A stretch of 62,804 nt of DNA, the filler included. It is 5 parts of 5 records of this genome, joined end to end, with 100 filler letters (N's around TTAATTAATTAA, not from the genome) between each part and the next. Parts side by side here need not be neighbours in the genome. Positions count along the whole stretch, not along the records: positions 52,448 to 62,804 come from SRR2962707_3832; 4 more parts are not named here. One strand, 5' to 3'. A program made the translations under genes and the position numbers. Each line of letters opens with the position of its first letter. Within the stretch, counting starts at the first letter, position 1. Below the pieces are notes generated by a model that had not been told where the DNA came from, searched no databases, and saw only the letters and a program-made list of their open reading frames with translations. This document shows positions 61,808 through 62,804 of the stretch, piece after piece.

Positions 61808-62153
61808 AACAATGATCCGCCGTGCTGTCCTTGCTGGTGGAATTGCGATCTTGGCCGCGGCAACTTATGGCAACCCGGAACGCTACATTGCTGACGTGAT
61901 CTGGACCGATGATGCCGCGCCGTGGGAAAAGGTGACGGCTGTTTACGTGCCCGATACATCAAAGCCAAACAATGTCCTGGTTTCAGATGCGCAATTTGCC
62001 GATCTGGAAGCCTGTCGTGCCCATATCCACAATCTGGCTGTCGAGCACGACGACCCCGACCTTAAAAAAGGTCGCTACGATTGCGCAATCGGATTTTATG
62101 CGCAGCAAGAAGACAAGGGCGTCACGGGCGATTACCGCCTGACACTGCAATAG
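61800..62153 (+). CDS. Small exported hypothetical protein
   Basis: ATG 61800 with AAGGA RBS, overlapping the dinB stop; N-terminal hydrophobic segment; two Cys (LEAC, YDC). Confidence 0.7.
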   Translation: MNKTMIRRAVLAGGIAILAAATYGNPERYIADVIWTDDAAPWEKVTAVYVPDTSKPNNVLVSDAQFADLEACRAHIHNLAVEHDDPDLKKGRYDCAIGFYAQQEDKGVTGDYRLTLQ

Positions 62154-62158
62154 ATCCC

Positions 62159-62804
62159 TTAAAGCACATACCAAAGCAAGGCGGGCAGGGCGATGGCCGC
62201 AAGGAAGCTTGAGCTGATGACAACACCGGCGACTTCTTCGGGGTCGCGGTTATACAGCTGGGCAAACAGATAGCAAAATACTGCAACCGGCATCGAACAT
62301 TGCAAAATCACAACGCCGCGTTCGACCCCGGTCAGGCCCATCACTTCTGATAGTCCAAGACCAACCCCAAACCCCATACCAAGACGCAAGGCACTTAATG
62401 CCGTGCTACGCGCCAGGCTGACCGGGCGCAGTTTCGCAAGCGACACGCCAAGGGTAAACAGCATCAACGGAATGGTCAGCTGACCAATCAGGTTGGTGGT
62501 ATTGTAAAGCCAGTCAGGAACGGTTGTATCGGTGGCAAGAAAGCCCGTCGCAATCAGGGTTGCGGGGATAATCGGCATTTTTGCCAAAGACCGAAGCGAA
62601 AAACTGCCCGATACAAATGCCACCCCGATCGTTAACTGGATCACGACGTAAGTGGCAAAAAACGCAACCGATAACGCCAGTCCTTCGGGGCCATATGCCA
62701 GCATGCAAAGCGGCAAGCCGACATTGCCAACATTTGGCCAGGTAAGCGATTGCAAATAAGTGCGCGGGGAAAGTTTAAACATCTTAAGGATCGGCCAGCC
62801 GATC
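62159..62804 (-). CDS. AEC-family transporter, 5-prime truncated
   Basis: PNVGNVGLP, IPLMLFTLG, SMPVAV. Confidence 0.9.
   Translation of the reverse strand, partial: IGWPILKMFKLSPRTYLQSLTWPNVGNVGLPLCMLAYGPEGLALSVAFFATYVVIQLTIGVAFVSGSFSLRSLAKMPIIPATLIATGFLATDTTVPDWLYNTTNLIGQLTIPLMLFTLGVSLAKLRPVSLARSTALSALRLGMGFGVGLGLSEVMGLTGVERGVVILQCSMPVAVFCYLFAQLYNRDPEEVAGVVISSSFLAAIALPALLWYVL

Overview
This window is not one genome. It holds five unrelated contigs joined by 100-bp N spacers that carry the all-frame stop linker TTAATTAATTAA. (1) 1-10482 is a GC-rich gammaproteobacterial contig (Alcanivorax-like by inference). It has a TetR with two PaaI thioesterases, a Fur-boxed FecI/FecR/STN-TonB receptor locus with divergent PepSY genes, and a PQQ glucose dehydrogenase. 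(2) 10583-23013 is an intron-containing eukaryotic contig (stramenopile-like by inference). It has a ~2144-aa FYVE-like/class-3 lipase/ankyrin/PH-like protein carrying an integrase-repeat-like motif, convergent with a p300/CBP-type acetyltransferase. (3) 23114-28986 is a second eukaryotic contig whose two convergent multi-exon genes turn out, after manual splicing, to be paralogs sharing an unannotated ~150-200-aa domain and three intron positions. (4) 29087-52347 is a Rhodobacteraceae core region: groEL end, purKE, ibpA with a ROSE element, a decayed foreign gene, trxB, lgt cluster, two-MFP RND pump, a duplicated candidate sRNA, degP with a two-component system, and GntR with an ABC transporter. 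(5) 52448-62804 is a Thalassospira-like contig in which a response regulator and two 7TM-DISM sensors, one active and one with a degenerate ATP-binding domain, sit between folP and glmM. The best candidates for undescribed systems are the kinase/pseudokinase pair, the convergent eukaryotic paralog pair and the nested-domain lipase. Family and taxon calls come from motif recognition only; no searches were run.
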